64,000 bases of DNA from an uncultured Verrucomicrobiae bacterium (GTDB lineage: Bacteria > Verrucomicrobiota > Verrucomicrobiia > Chthoniobacterales > JAFAMB01): the NCBI GenBank assembly GCA_963762565.1, contig CAVXLD010000005.1, positions 448,001 through 512,000 on the forward strand. The letters run 5' to 3'. The notes under the pieces are model-generated. The model saw only the letters and a program-made list of their open reading frames with translations. It was not told the origin of the DNA and did no database searches. Made by a program: the position numbers and the translations under genes. Positions within the stretch are counted from its first letter, which is position 1. Each line of letters opens with the position of its first letter. This document shows positions 49,461 through 59,579 of this stretch, in pieces.

Positions 49461-49673
49461 ATGCGCGACCTAAAACTCATCATTGCTTCAATCGTAGCAA
49501 TTTTGGTAGTCATCCTCGTCGTCCAAAATACGGAGCCGGTGGAAACGCATCTACTATTTGCAACTGTCGCCATGCCCCACGCCGTTTTGATTTTCATCTC
49601 CGCTGCCGCGGGATTCGCGCTTGGGGTGCTTCTCACTATGTCAATGAAGTCAAAGCGTAAGAACGTCCGATGA
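49461..49673 (+). CDS. LapA/DUF1049-like small membrane protein
   Basis: TM-QNTEPV-x-LLF-TM architecture. ATG 49461. Confidence 0.75.
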   Translation: MRDLKLIIASIVAILVVILVVQNTEPVETHLLFATVAMPHAVLIFISAAAGFALGVLLTMSMKSKRKNVR

Positions 49674-49928
49674 GCCACAAGGAAGTTTACGCTGCACGCA
49701 AGCGTGCCACGGCCGTCTGAATCCGGCGACTATGAGAGCGCTATCCGCAGGCGTGTCAGGTAACTCCGCGCGATCTGATCGACAACCTCTCGCCTTCGGA
49801 TATACTCTAAGGTAGCGACAAAATTAGCAATCTGCTGTAGTAGATGATTGTGGCTCCCAATCCGAAAATCGCGATGAATTTTAACGTCCCGATCAGCCTG
49901 TTTTGTTTCACCTGAATTACCTCCGTAG

Positions 49929-50141
49929 TTAGTTGAAACCGTCCTCCTCGGCGAGATATTTAGCGGCTTCTTCTGTATGATAGGTGGCGTGCAAATGGTG
50001 TCCGAGTGCGAGATGGGCGTGATGTCTAGCCTTTTCCTGGCTGCCGCTGGCGTGATGGGCGGCGGCTTCCATGTTATGGCGTGCAGCTTGTTCATGGTGC
50101 TCGGCCGCTTTTTTGTGATGGTCTATGGCTTCTTGGGTCAT
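49929..50141 (-). CDS. Small His/Ala-rich helical protein
   Basis: HHKKAAEHHEQAARH..AAAHH..EKARHHAH..GHHLHA. ATG 50141. Confidence 0.7.
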   Translation of the reverse strand: MTQEAIDHHKKAAEHHEQAARHNMEAAAHHASGSQEKARHHAHLALGHHLHATYHTEEAAKYLAEEDGFN

Positions 50142-50324
50142 CGGTTTGCAGGAGTTACACCTTGAAACACTGTGAGCGTGGTCCCCGGACATTCAATTCT
50201 CCCATACTTTTTACGAAGAGTTGTTCCTGCTTTCCCGAGATGGCATAGGATCTGTTTGCGAACCATGCGCTGGCTAGATGCGTTGCCATGGCCTTCGTCC
50301 CGGCAGCCGCGGGACCCAGCGCTG

Positions 50325-50504
50325 GGAGGGATCGCGTCCCCGCGATCAGCCGTTCGCGGAGCCCGATGCAGATCCGAGCGAGCGTTTAGCTATGGCGACG
50401 ATACAGATCTGTTCGCGGCGCGCGAGGTCGCGCGCCCTCCACGTCAGGGGGCTAACGCCTTATTGTTGACGCGTGTGCGCGGCCGCGGGAAGGGCACGCC
50501 CCAC
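50325..50504. repeat. Cluster of REP-like GGAG/GTGG-headed palindromes
   Basis: GGAGGGATCGCG..CGCGATC (50325-50347), inverted GGCGCGCG..CGCGCGCCCTCC (50417-50440), and a GTGG-headed copy on the minus strand at 50481-50504. Confidence 0.5.
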
Positions 50505-51958
50505 TACTTAACTAGAGCCGCGAGGAGCGTCTCTAACTCGATGGTCGCAATTTTGGTTATGGTATCATTCAAACCATAAGGCAGAATTAATCGACCGCCG
50601 TGGATTAACGCTCCGCAAGTGTATACCACGTTGGGCACGTACCCGCTGGTCTGGTCGACCGCCGGTTTCAGAAGTGGTTCATTGAGGCGACCGATCACCT
50701 TCAAAGGGTTCTGCAGATCCAACAGTAGGGCGCTGATGCAATATTTACGCATCGGGCCGACGCCGTGAGTCAGAACCAGCCAGCCCGCGTCAGTTTCGAT
50801 GGGCGAACCGCAGTTACCTATTTTTACCAATTCCCAGGTTCGGGACGGCCGTACCAGAAGCTGGGGATCGCTCCAGAAATACAGATCATCCGAGAGCAGC
50901 AGGTAAAGGTTCTCGTCATCGAAACGTGAAAGCATCACATAACGTCCACCGATGCGCTTCGGGAACAACGCCATGCCTTTGTTCCGAATCGCAGGACCAG
51001 TTAGGGTACGGATACGAAAGTGAAGGAAATCGTTTGTTTCAATGAGCTGTGAACGGATGACGCGCCCGTCGTATGCAGTATAGGTTGCGTAATACGTTGC
51101 GCGGTGGTCCTCATCAACAAAGCGGACAAAGCGAGCGTCCTCCATGCCATTGCTCTCATTCAGCGACACTGGGAAGATAACGCGTTGGGAAAGGGAGGTT
51201 GATGAACTAAAATTGAGTTCGTAGTTCGAATTTACGAGCCAATGCAGGCATTCGATCGCTCTCTTTACGTCTTCATTATGTCGCTGGGTCTCGTGAGCTG
51301 CACGCCGCAGCGATTCGTCCAATTCGGTTCGTGTGAATGTAGCACCCAGCCGATTCATCACTGATCTCGACCAATTGTTCTCCAGGCCTTTTTCCTGCAA
51401 CTTGTGCACAAACATATCCCTGGAGAAAGTGGGGTTAGCCTCAATGTCTGGTGCGGTTACCAGGTCCGTCGCAGAGTCCATCTCGATCGAATGATCTTTT
51501 CGCACGACGCCACTGCGAAACTCGATCGAGGAAACATGGCCCTCGCCGATCGCTCGAAGGGTCAGGATGAAGCGCAGATCTTCTGGTCCGAGATCTGTCT
51601 GGTCCGGATGCGGAACGATTGATGGATTGAACAACGCCACGGATTCAACCGCGTATTCTCCGGTAAAGAATGCTCCGATTAAAAGCCGTCGACTCGTTGA
51701 AAGAAATGCCTCATTCGAAAAATACGCCTCTACTTTCTCGAACTGTCGCAGCCACGATCTTTCCAGATTTGGGTGCCGGTGAGCGAATTCGTCGCGTAAG
51801 CAAGCTAGCTGCGACTCGACCTCCGGATCCGAAAAAGAGAGGACGCGTTCGATGATATTGGTGACCTGGTCGGGACTGGCCGGGATGAACGCCCGATTCA
51901 GCACTCGATCGATGTTGGGTCGAAGATCGATCGAGGTAGAACTAGTGTATCGAGTCAT
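50504..51958 (-). CDS. GH130-family glycosidase/phosphorylase (long form)
   Basis: ALFNPSIVPHPDQ, GEGHVSSIEF, NGMEDARFV, YTAYDG, NKGMALFP, GNCGSP, GYVPNVVY. Confidence 0.88.
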   Translation of the reverse strand: MTRYTSSTSIDLRPNIDRVLNRAFIPASPDQVTNIIERVLSFSDPEVESQLACLRDEFAHRHPNLERSWLRQFEKVEAYFSNEAFLSTSRRLLIGAFFTGEYAVESVALFNPSIVPHPDQTDLGPEDLRFILTLRAIGEGHVSSIEFRSGVVRKDHSIEMDSATDLVTAPDIEANPTFSRDMFVHKLQEKGLENNWSRSVMNRLGATFTRTELDESLRRAAHETQRHNEDVKRAIECLHWLVNSNYELNFSSSTSLSQRVIFPVSLNESNGMEDARFVRFVDEDHRATYYATYTAYDGRVIRSQLIETNDFLHFRIRTLTGPAIRNKGMALFPKRIGGRYVMLSRFDDENLYLLLSDDLYFWSDPQLLVRPSRTWELVKIGNCGSPIETDAGWLVLTHGVGPMRKYCISALLLDLQNPLKVIGRLNEPLLKPAVDQTSGYVPNVVYTCGALIHGGRLILPYGLNDTITKIATIELETLLAALVK

Positions 51959-52003
51959 AAGCAGGAGGCATACCGTCCGGCAGCTGCCGGATCATTTGGC
52001 TCT

Positions 52004-54295
52004 TCAAGTTGTTCCTGACCCTTTGATTTCTCTAGCGAGTACTGCTTCCGCCCGAGTCATCTCGGCCAGCGCTAGGTGGAAAGCGAGACTAGACTCAGCT
52101 CCTTGATTTTGATTAACGCGGTCCGAATGCAATGCATCGCGACAACCGCCGGTGCTCGAATCGTAGAGTGACTCTCCCAGATCGTTGCGACCGAGGAACC
52201 ATTCGAAGCAGCGACGTGCGGCCCGCTGCCAAATCAAGTCGCCGGTAAGCGAATACGCTTCAACACACGCGGCGATCATCGCGTAAGCTTCCAATGGCTG
52301 CTGATCAAAGCGCGCGCATTCATTGCCGCGGGTCCAGAAACCGTTACTGCCGATCGGCGCGAAATGATCTCCATTCGCCTTTTGCCGTTCCACTAACCAC
52401 CGAAGCGATCGCAATCCAATTTCCACGACATCACCTCGGGAAGTCCAATATCCGCTGAGTATCAGCGCCTGTGAAAGTCTCGCATTGTCGTAAGTCGCTA
52501 CCGGCTCAAACCACACCCAATCTTGCGAAGAATTGGTGCGAAACAACTCAACCAAGCGATTAGTGAGAACTTCACGCAATTGATTTGCGCTTCGATCGCC
52601 GGAGAAGGCGCGCAGATATTCCTGAATGGCGAGTAGGGTGAACGCCCATGCTCTCGGTGAGGTAAAATTCTCGACCGTCGGTAGTCCGCGTTGGAACAAG
52701 AGTGCGCAGAGATTACGGTGTCCTTCGTTCTTTGAGCGGCCGAGTGCAGTGCCGGTGGCCCAAAGCGCTCGCGCGTGGCTGTCTTCCGAGCCCTTTCGTT
52801 CCAGCCACTGTCGCTGGTGACTCATGAAATTGCGAAAACGACCAGTTTCTTGGTCGAAAGCGTGCCATAAGAACGCGAGGTAGACACTGGCCAGGCGTTC
52901 GAATTGCTGCTGAGTGGCGAGACTCGTTATCTCCTTCAGCAGCAACGTAAGGATGAAAGCACGCGCGTTATCGTCGGTACAATAGCCTTCCGCGAAGTTC
53001 GGAACGTTGAAGATCGCATGCTGAAAAATCCCGGTGTTGTCCGTCATTCGAAACAGGTGATCCAGTTTCAAAGGAGGCAACTCGTACGGGCGATTGTCCA
53101 GCGTTCGAGCTGCAAAAGCTTTTCGCGGAGGTACGCTCAAACTTGCCCTCGCACGTTCGAAGCTTTCCATGTGCCGCTCCGCGACAACTGGCCAGATCAT
53201 CTCCCGGCCCAGTTTCCATGCTTTTTTGCGGGTCGCGGTCATCAGGACCGGGTCGGAAAGAAATCGCTTCACCCCTTCAGTAATTGCCTTGGGGTCGGCA
53301 AATGGCACCAGAATACCACGATCCTCAGCGAGTAACTCTTTCGCGTGCCAGTAAGGCGTGGAGATGACTGCTTTGCCGGCGCCGAAAGTGTAAGCAAGCG
53401 CGCCGGAGGTAATCTGCGATTCGTTCAGATAAGGTGTGATGTAGATGTCGGCAGCACCGATGAATTCTTTCAATTCCTCTAGGGTAACAAAGCGATTATA
53501 AAAGATTACGTGAGACGCCACGTCGCGATCCTCTGCCAGACGTTCAAGCCTGAGCCGATACGACTCGCCCTCGCGCGCCATAACGTTGGGGTGGGTCGCG
53601 CCGAGAATGATATACACCACGTTAGGATACGCTTCGAGAATTGCCGGGAGGGCTTCGATCACGTGCTCGATCCCTTTGTTTGGTGATAGCAGGCCGAAGG
53701 TTAGTAGGACCGTTTTCCCCTCTACCCCAAACTGATCTTTGTTAAAGTTGGGATCGATGAATGGCATGTCCGGTATGCCATGGGGAATCACGTCGACCTT
53801 TTCGGAGGCTATGCCATAGATTTCCTGGAGAAAACTTTTGCCCCGATCGGCCATCACAATGAATCGGTTCGAGAGTTGATCGAGTTGCTTCATCAACGCC
53901 TGCTGATCGGGATTTGGTTCGCGCAAGATCGTGTGCAAGGTCGTGATTACCGGCATGTGCACGTCGCGCAAAAGAGCTAAAAGATGGCTGCCGGCCGGCC
54001 CGCCATAGATGCCAAACTCGTGTTGGACCGAGATTATCTCGACATTGTTGACATTGAGGAAATCAGCGGCACGGCGATAGGAGTCGAGTTCGTTTTCGTC
54101 GATCTCAAATCGGATCCGCGCCGGATAGTCGTAGCCTTCGGGTCGATCATTGACCGCGCCTACGACGCATTGACATTGCGGGAATTCCGTCGCAATGGCA
54201 TCACAAATGTCAGAGGTGAACGTAGCAATGCCGCAATGGCGTGGAAGGTGATCTCCGAGAAAAGCGATCTGCTTGATATTGGTAGCAATCTGCAT
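52004..54295 (-). CDS. GT4 glycosyltransferase fused to a six-hairpin-like C-terminal domain
   Basis: PRHCGIATF, QHEFGIYGG, FGLLSPNKG, VISTPY; C-terminal GYCTDDNARA, FDQQPLE, NQGAES. Confidence 0.9.
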   Translation of the reverse strand: MQIATNIKQIAFLGDHLPRHCGIATFTSDICDAIATEFPQCQCVVGAVNDRPEGYDYPARIRFEIDENELDSYRRAADFLNVNNVEIISVQHEFGIYGGPAGSHLLALLRDVHMPVITTLHTILREPNPDQQALMKQLDQLSNRFIVMADRGKSFLQEIYGIASEKVDVIPHGIPDMPFIDPNFNKDQFGVEGKTVLLTFGLLSPNKGIEHVIEALPAILEAYPNVVYIILGATHPNVMAREGESYRLRLERLAEDRDVASHVIFYNRFVTLEELKEFIGAADIYITPYLNESQITSGALAYTFGAGKAVISTPYWHAKELLAEDRGILVPFADPKAITEGVKRFLSDPVLMTATRKKAWKLGREMIWPVVAERHMESFERARASLSVPPRKAFAARTLDNRPYELPPLKLDHLFRMTDNTGIFQHAIFNVPNFAEGYCTDDNARAFILTLLLKEITSLATQQQFERLASVYLAFLWHAFDQETGRFRNFMSHQRQWLERKGSEDSHARALWATGTALGRSKNEGHRNLCALLFQRGLPTVENFTSPRAWAFTLLAIQEYLRAFSGDRSANQLREVLTNRLVELFRTNSSQDWVWFEPVATYDNARLSQALILSGYWTSRGDVVEIGLRSLRWLVERQKANGDHFAPIGSNGFWTRGNECARFDQQPLEAYAMIAACVEAYSLTGDLIWQRAARRCFEWFLGRNDLGESLYDSSTGGCRDALHSDRVNQNQGAESSLAFHLALAEMTRAEAVLAREIKGSGTT

Positions 54296-54557
54296 CGGTC
54301 TGTGAACGATCGGCTTTCACGCGTCTGCCGGATGCAGATGATTCGCCGCTACAATCTTGTGAACATGATCGCATGGATTAGCAGGTCCGTCGAGAAGCCC
54401 CCTTTGGATATCGAGAAATTGTTAGCCTCTTCCGATACTAGGCGACATCTCACCGATAGTGGTTTACTTTAGGCTTGGAATTTCGAATCTCCGCCGTTTC
54501 TTTCCAAAGCTGCTCGACCGAGCTAACCGTCAACTCGACGTAAATCGAAGTTCGGAG

Positions 54558-54645
54558 AACTAGCCGCGCCCGACGCTACAACTAGTCGCGTCCGACGCTA
54601 CAGATGACCGCGACCGACGCTGAAAATAACCGCGACCGACCCTAC
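54558..54645 (+). repeat. Four tandem 22-bp imperfect direct repeats upstream of sufB
   Basis: AACTAGCCGCGCCCGACGCTAC / AACTAGTCGCGTCCGACGCTAC / AGATGACCGCGACCGACGCTGA / AAATAACCGCGACCGACCCTAC. Confidence 0.85.
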
Positions 54646-54691
54646 GGCGACTCGAAAATACTAAAAGGCGCCTTACGCCGAGAAGGACAAA

Positions 54692-56134
54692 ATGAATGAA
54701 GCACTAAATAAGAACAACGAGGTTTTTCTAAGCGGCCCTGGAGGAAAGGATAGCGCGCGCAACATCGGTGACTTTTTCTATGATTTAAAACCGGCTCGGG
54801 ACGCGGGTGTTGGTCTGACAGAGGAAACCATCGACTACATTGTCGACGTAAAAGAGGAACCGGAATGGTTGCGCGAGTTCCGTAAAAATGCTTTCGAAGT
54901 CTTCAAGAGCAAACCACTACCCACACATTGGGCAGGCGACGAGCTCAAGGAAATAAATTTCGACCTGATTCGCTACTATCTTGCTTCCGGCGATGCAACC
55001 AAACGGACCTGGGATGAAGTTCCGGACAAGATTAAACAGACATTCGAACGCCTGGGTATTCCCGAGAACGAACGGAAGTTCCTTGCGGGAGTCGAAGCCC
55101 AATTCGATAGCGAGGCGGTCTACTCGAATATCAAGAAGGCCGTTTCTGACCAGGGCGTTGTTTTTATGGGTAGTACCGAAGCTCTCAAGGAGCGGCCCGA
55201 TCTGTTCAGAAAATGGTTCGGAAAGGTCATCCCCACCGCTGATAATAAATTCAGCGCCCTTAATAGTGCCGTTTTCAGTGGTGGTAGTTTTATCTATGTT
55301 CCACCGGGAGTGAAAGTAAAGCATCCTCTGCAAGCCTATTTCCGGATCAATGCCGAGAACTTTGGCCAGTTCGAGCGCACGTTAATCATAGCGGACGAAG
55401 GTTCTGAGGTTATGTACATGGAAGGGTGTACTGCGCCGAATTTCACAACGGCGACGCTTCACTCTGCAGTGGTGGAATTGGTCGCCCTTCCTCGAGCTAA
55501 GATCCAGTATGTAACGGTCCAGAACTGGTCAGCGAACGTGTTTAACCTGGTTACAAAACGGGGATTGGCGATGGAGGAAGCTGAAATCAAGTGGATCGAT
55601 TGTAACATCGGATCACGCTTGACGATGAAGTATCCCAGTGTCGTGCTCAAAGGACGCAAAGCCCGCGGCGAGGTGATCAGTATCGCCCTGGCGGGTGATG
55701 GCCAGCACCAGGACACGGGCGCGAAAATGATCCACGCGGCCGATGAGACCACTAGCAACATTGTTTCCAAGAGCATCAGCGTTGGTAAAGGGCGCGCGAC
55801 CTATCGCGGCCTGGTTCATATCCCGAAACAGCTTAAAGGTTGTAAGAACAATACCGAATGTGATGCGCTCTTAATCAACTCCACCAGCCGGACCGATACT
55901 TATCCGGCCATCACAGTCCGCGGTACCAGCAACACGACTCAGCACGAGGCTTCAGTCAGTCAAATTGGCGCCGAGCAGATTTTCTATATGCAGCAGCGTG
56001 GCCTAACCAAGGGTCAGTCGATGAGTCTCGCAGTAAACGGATTTGTAAACGACTTAGTCAGACAATTTCCTATGGAATATAGTGTTGAGCTAAAGCGGCT
56101 GATCGACCTCGAGATGGAGGGTTCGGTTGGTTAG
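54692..56134 (+). CDS. sufB: Fe-S cluster assembly scaffold SufB
   Basis: [66 protein letters not shown]. Confidence 0.96.
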   Translation: MNEALNKNNEVFLSGPGGKDSARNIGDFFYDLKPARDAGVGLTEETIDYIVDVKEEPEWLREFRKNAFEVFKSKPLPTHWAGDELKEINFDLIRYYLASGDATKRTWDEVPDKIKQTFERLGIPENERKFLAGVEAQFDSEAVYSNIKKAVSDQGVVFMGSTEALKERPDLFRKWFGKVIPTADNKFSALNSAVFSGGSFIYVPPGVKVKHPLQAYFRINAENFGQFERTLIIADEGSEVMYMEGCTAPNFTTATLHSAVVELVALPRAKIQYVTVQNWSANVFNLVTKRGLAMEEAEIKWIDCNIGSRLTMKYPSVVLKGRKARGEVISIALAGDGQHQDTGAKMIHAADETTSNIVSKSISVGKGRATYRGLVHIPKQLKGCKNNTECDALLINSTSRTDTYPAITVRGTSNTTQHEASVSQIGAEQIFYMQQRGLTKGQSMSLAVNGFVNDLVRQFPMEYSVELKRLIDLEMEGSVG

Positions 56135-56283
56135 GGGTTCCCACTGGAACATCGCTTTTTGTGCTCGTCAGCCGTTGTCATACCGCAAACAGACGGAAAC
56201 GCTTCGGAAAGAGTATGGTGAGAAGGGGATGAAATCGGCCGAGGTTTCCTGGCGGTAGGTCGGTGGGAACTGTTAAGGCATTT

Positions 56284-56619
56284 ATGAACAAAAAAAACGA
56301 TATGGAAGAAACACCAGACTATCTGAACGGCAGCGTAACGGCTGGCGTCGTGGACAAAAAAATGGAAACAGATAAAATTGATCCTGCCGCGGGAAATGTA
56401 TTGCAGGGCGAGCAGGCAGGAGTCGAGAGCGTCGGGATCGAGGCTGAACCGAAAGGACAGACGTTTGCGTCGAGGATTGGAAGACACCGCCCATCGTTAT
56501 CCGCAATCCTAGCGACGTTGGTCGCAGTCAGCTTAGTGAGTCTATTCGTTTTCGCTGGCAGCGTGACATCTTTCTTCTCAGGCGGCAGAAAATCAGCAAG
56601 TCGCCGGCGGCGCAGATGA
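56284..56619 (+). CDS. Hypothetical protein with C-terminal membrane anchor
   Basis: Acidic N-region, one hydrophobic helix, basic tail. Confidence 0.5.
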   Translation: MNKKNDMEETPDYLNGSVTAGVVDKKMETDKIDPAAGNVLQGEQAGVESVGIEAEPKGQTFASRIGRHRPSLSAILATLVAVSLVSLFVFAGSVTSFFSGGRKSASRRRRR

Positions 56620-56641
56620 TAACTATGAACAATTTCACCCC

Positions 56642-56695
56642 AGGAGCTAGGAGCTAGGAGCTAGGTGCTAGGAGCTAGAATCTAGGAGCTAGGAG
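56642..56695 (+). repeat. Heptamer tandem repeat (AGGAGCT)n
   Basis: About 7-8 units with two variants, between convergent genes. Confidence 0.85.
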
Positions 56696-56795
56696 GGCGC
56701 ATACGCGCGACAAAGATGAGCAGACGTTAAGCGAGGAGAAGGTTCGCATCTCTTAGTTGCGTTGCGGCTCCGTTCGTTGGGCGATGTCACCAGTC

Positions 56796-57629
56796 TCAGA
56801 AGGCTCCGTTTGGGAGACCTGGATTGATCTCCTCTGTGACAACGCTAAAACTCTCCAGCAGATGTTGACCGAATACTACGGTGATAGGAACGTCGCCGGC
56901 GTCGCGCCCGCGGGCGATTAGGGTCCGGCCAACGCGGCGGCGGTTATGTCGCGCGTCGAAGGTGTGCCAATGGCCGCCCAGATAGGCTTCGAACCAGGCG
57001 CTAAAATCCATCGGACCGGGTACCGCAGGGACGCCAATGTCACCGAGATAGCCTGTGGCGTAGCGCGCCGGAATATTAAGGCAGCGGCATAAGGTAATCG
57101 CTAGATGGGTAAAATCGCGACAGACGCCAACCCGCTCGCGGAAAGCGTCGAGACCGGTGCGATTAGCGCGAGCCGCCTGGTAATCGAAGCGGAGGTGGGC
57201 GTGGACGAAGTCGCAAATGGCCTGCACACGCGGCCATCCAGTTGGAGTCTGGCCAAACGTTCGCCAGGCGAAATCCAGCAGTTCGGTATCACCATCGCAG
57301 TAGCGGCTGGGTAGGAGAAATGATAGCGTCTCCACTGGCGTCTCGCGAACGTCGAGCTGCGGCGCCTCGGGTGCGTAAGCGTCCAGTTCGCCGGGATCGC
57401 GAATGATAGCGTCATTCAGAAAACGAATCACTCCCGCACGGGCATTGACGCGGCCGCATTGGTTGCCGAAACCATCGAAATAGTTTTCGACGGGCAAGGC
57501 CGGCTCGATCCGGAAATTTTCGGGCGTGACCAGGTCGGCTTTGCGCGAGGGATGCACGTGGAGTACGTAGAGTACCGCGGTGGGAGAAGCGAGACGGAGC
57601 GCAATATTGTAGCCGATCCTGATGAGCAT
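56796..57629 (-). CDS. Transglutaminase-like family protein
   Basis: LPSRYC, GVCRDFTHLAITLCR, PARYATGYL, DFSAWFE, RGRDAGD. Confidence 0.93.
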   Translation of the reverse strand: MLIRIGYNIALRLASPTAVLYVLHVHPSRKADLVTPENFRIEPALPVENYFDGFGNQCGRVNARAGVIRFLNDAIIRDPGELDAYAPEAPQLDVRETPVETLSFLLPSRYCDGDTELLDFAWRTFGQTPTGWPRVQAICDFVHAHLRFDYQAARANRTGLDAFRERVGVCRDFTHLAITLCRCLNIPARYATGYLGDIGVPAVPGPMDFSAWFEAYLGGHWHTFDARHNRRRVGRTLIARGRDAGDVPITVVFGQHLLESFSVVTEEINPGLPNGAF

Positions 57630-57771
57630 ATTATGCGGAGCCCTGATTCATGGTGAAGTAGTCAGATGACCAGTGTCGCCCGGCTCGATCAACTTCTCCC
57701 ATACTCCTTTCGACGGACCTACAGCGGCCTTTGTGTATGACGATGCGAGAATAGCATGAAGCTCATCGAGC

Positions 57772-58107
57772 TTAACAAAGCGGGGGTTCAGCCGGCAGGA
57801 GTTTCGCAACCCTAGCCTGACGCCAAATGTCTTCGATCGCCTCTAACATCAGCTCGGGATCGCGCGATCTCGCGGCGATTTCTTCTCGTTCGGCGGAAAG
57901 ATGATGGAGAGAATGGTTCCAGGTCTCGGTCCATTCGTCCGGTCCTTCCGAGAGACCCCCTTGCCACTTCAAAAACAGTTTACCAAAGAGCTCTTCGTCT
58001 CCGTCGTCCGCAACGGCTCTAATATCGGTGAGTTCGACAACCACCCAGCTGTCGGTTTGTCTAAGCTCTGAATAGAATCGAGCATTAGCCTTCTTTTTCT
58101 GTTTCAT
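57772..58107 (-). CDS. Hypothetical protein
   Basis: ATG 58107 preceded by GGAGG. No family recognised. Confidence 0.55.
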   Translation of the reverse strand: MKQKKKANARFYSELRQTDSWVVVELTDIRAVADDGDEELFGKLFLKWQGGLSEGPDEWTETWNHSLHHLSAEREEIAARSRDPELMLEAIEDIWRQARVAKLLPAEPPLC

Positions 58108-58360
58108 ACAACCTCCAATGTACACCCCTCCCGGCTAAGTCGACGGTTTTAATTTGGGTGTGTTCTTGAGTTTCTCTCGACGTCCCGACGTGGGGTTCAG
58201 AATTCCTACCTTGGGGTAATCTCGTGCTTTCGGAGGTATTGGCTAGCAGTCGGCCGAGAACGTTCTTAGTGAGACTTAAAGGCAACAGTAACTCATCGTT
58301 AACAGTATAGGAGAAGCCGACGCACTGGGTCGATGCTAGCCATCGAAAGAACCAAAAAGT

Positions 58361-58507
58361 ATGCTTTGGACAATAGCCATTATTTTAATTGTGCTCTGGG
58401 CCTTAGGCCTATTCACTCACGTCGCAGGTGGACTGATCCATTTACTCTTAGTCATCGCCCTCATTGTGATTGTGATCAACCTGGTCCGCGGGCGGCGAGT
58501 TTTGTGA
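58361..58507 (+). CDS. lmo0937/DUF5670-family small membrane protein (missing from the ORF track)
   Basis: MLWTIAIILIVLWALGLFTHVAGGLIHLLLVIALIVIVINLVRGRRVL. Confidence 0.88.
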   Translation: MLWTIAIILIVLWALGLFTHVAGGLIHLLLVIALIVIVINLVRGRRVL

Positions 58508-58564
58508 CTGATTGAACTGCGCGAACAGCATGGACTGTTGGAATAATAAGCGGGTTGGGACCGC

Positions 58565-58882
58565 TCACAATACGCCAACCCCGAGGATTTTTTCGCCGGG
58601 TAGGTATGCGTCGATCTGAATGGTATCGCCGGCCCTTACCTGAGGGTCAGAGAACAACTCGAATTCGACGAGCCCATTTAATCCCACCGTGTACTTTTTA
58701 GAGGCAATGCTCTTCAGAGACTCGCGAAGTTCAACTTCATAGACCGCCTCCGGCTCAGGATATGAAACCCGCATGCGCCAAAGCTCAATGAGGGTGTCTT
58801 TGCTTTGGTCGTCCGACTTATCTCTCGTTCGGTAAGGCAGCGATTTCAGGATACTTAAAACTTTGGCGTTGAGAGTTTTCAT
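58565..58882 (-). CDS. Hypothetical protein
   Basis: 105-aa ORF coupled to the CBS gene by an ATGA overlap. Confidence 0.65.
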   Translation of the reverse strand: MKTLNAKVLSILKSLPYRTRDKSDDQSKDTLIELWRMRVSYPEPEAVYEVELRESLKSIASKKYTVGLNGLVEFELFSDPQVRAGDTIQIDAYLPGEKILGVGVL

Positions 58883-59301
58883 CGCTTTTGTTCTCGGGCG
58901 ATATCTTCGAGCGTGACCATGCCGACCATTCGCCTTTCACGAGTTAATACGGGCAGTTGGGTGAGATTGCTTAAATGCATCAACCTTTCGGCTTCGGCGA
59001 GGGTTTGGTCTTCAAAGCAATAGACTGTCTCCTGATTCAGCTCCGCATGCGTGCGTTCGACCTTGGGGTCGTGTCCGAAACCACCGACTTTCCGGTTAAG
59101 CTCACTCTCGGACACCGTGCCGATTAACTGGCCATTCTGATCGGTCACAGGAGATGACGTGATCCTTTCAGATCGGAGCTGATCACAAGCTTCCTGGACT
59201 GAAGCCTCGGGGCGCAAAGTTTTTGCCACGCGCTGCACCAGATCTTTAAGCGTCTTTGGCGCAGATTCTTCGGCCTGGTTGACGGGAGATGTATTTTTCA
59301 T
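58879..59301 (-). CDS. CBS domain pair protein
   Basis: SPVTDQNGQLIGTVSESEL and LPVLTRERRMVGMVTLEDI. Confidence 0.88.
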   Translation of the reverse strand: MKNTSPVNQAEESAPKTLKDLVQRVAKTLRPEASVQEACDQLRSERITSSPVTDQNGQLIGTVSESELNRKVGGFGHDPKVERTHAELNQETVYCFEDQTLAEAERLMHLSNLTQLPVLTRERRMVGMVTLEDIAREQKR

Positions 59302-59579
59302 AATGGTCAGCTTACTAGCTCGCTCTGACCCAAGAACTTCGACCCATCAGTGCGGTCCGAAGAAACCCGCGAAGTCGCGGGCCGGGCCCGGCTGGCTTCC
59401 ATCTAAGGTCATGCTCCCGGTTTGTCGTCGCTAGACAATCGGCGAGCTAACATAGGGAGTCTCGTTCGGAGCGATCAGTCTCTGCCATACCTAGCGCGAA
59501 GAGTTACAGTTGCTTTCGGGTATGACAAAGGCGAAAACGGCATCGACCGTTGCCTCTGGGACGTTCAGGGTTCCGCAGA

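Noticed and set aside
54558..54645. CRISPR array
   Set aside because: Units are contiguous without unique spacers, and no cas genes are present.
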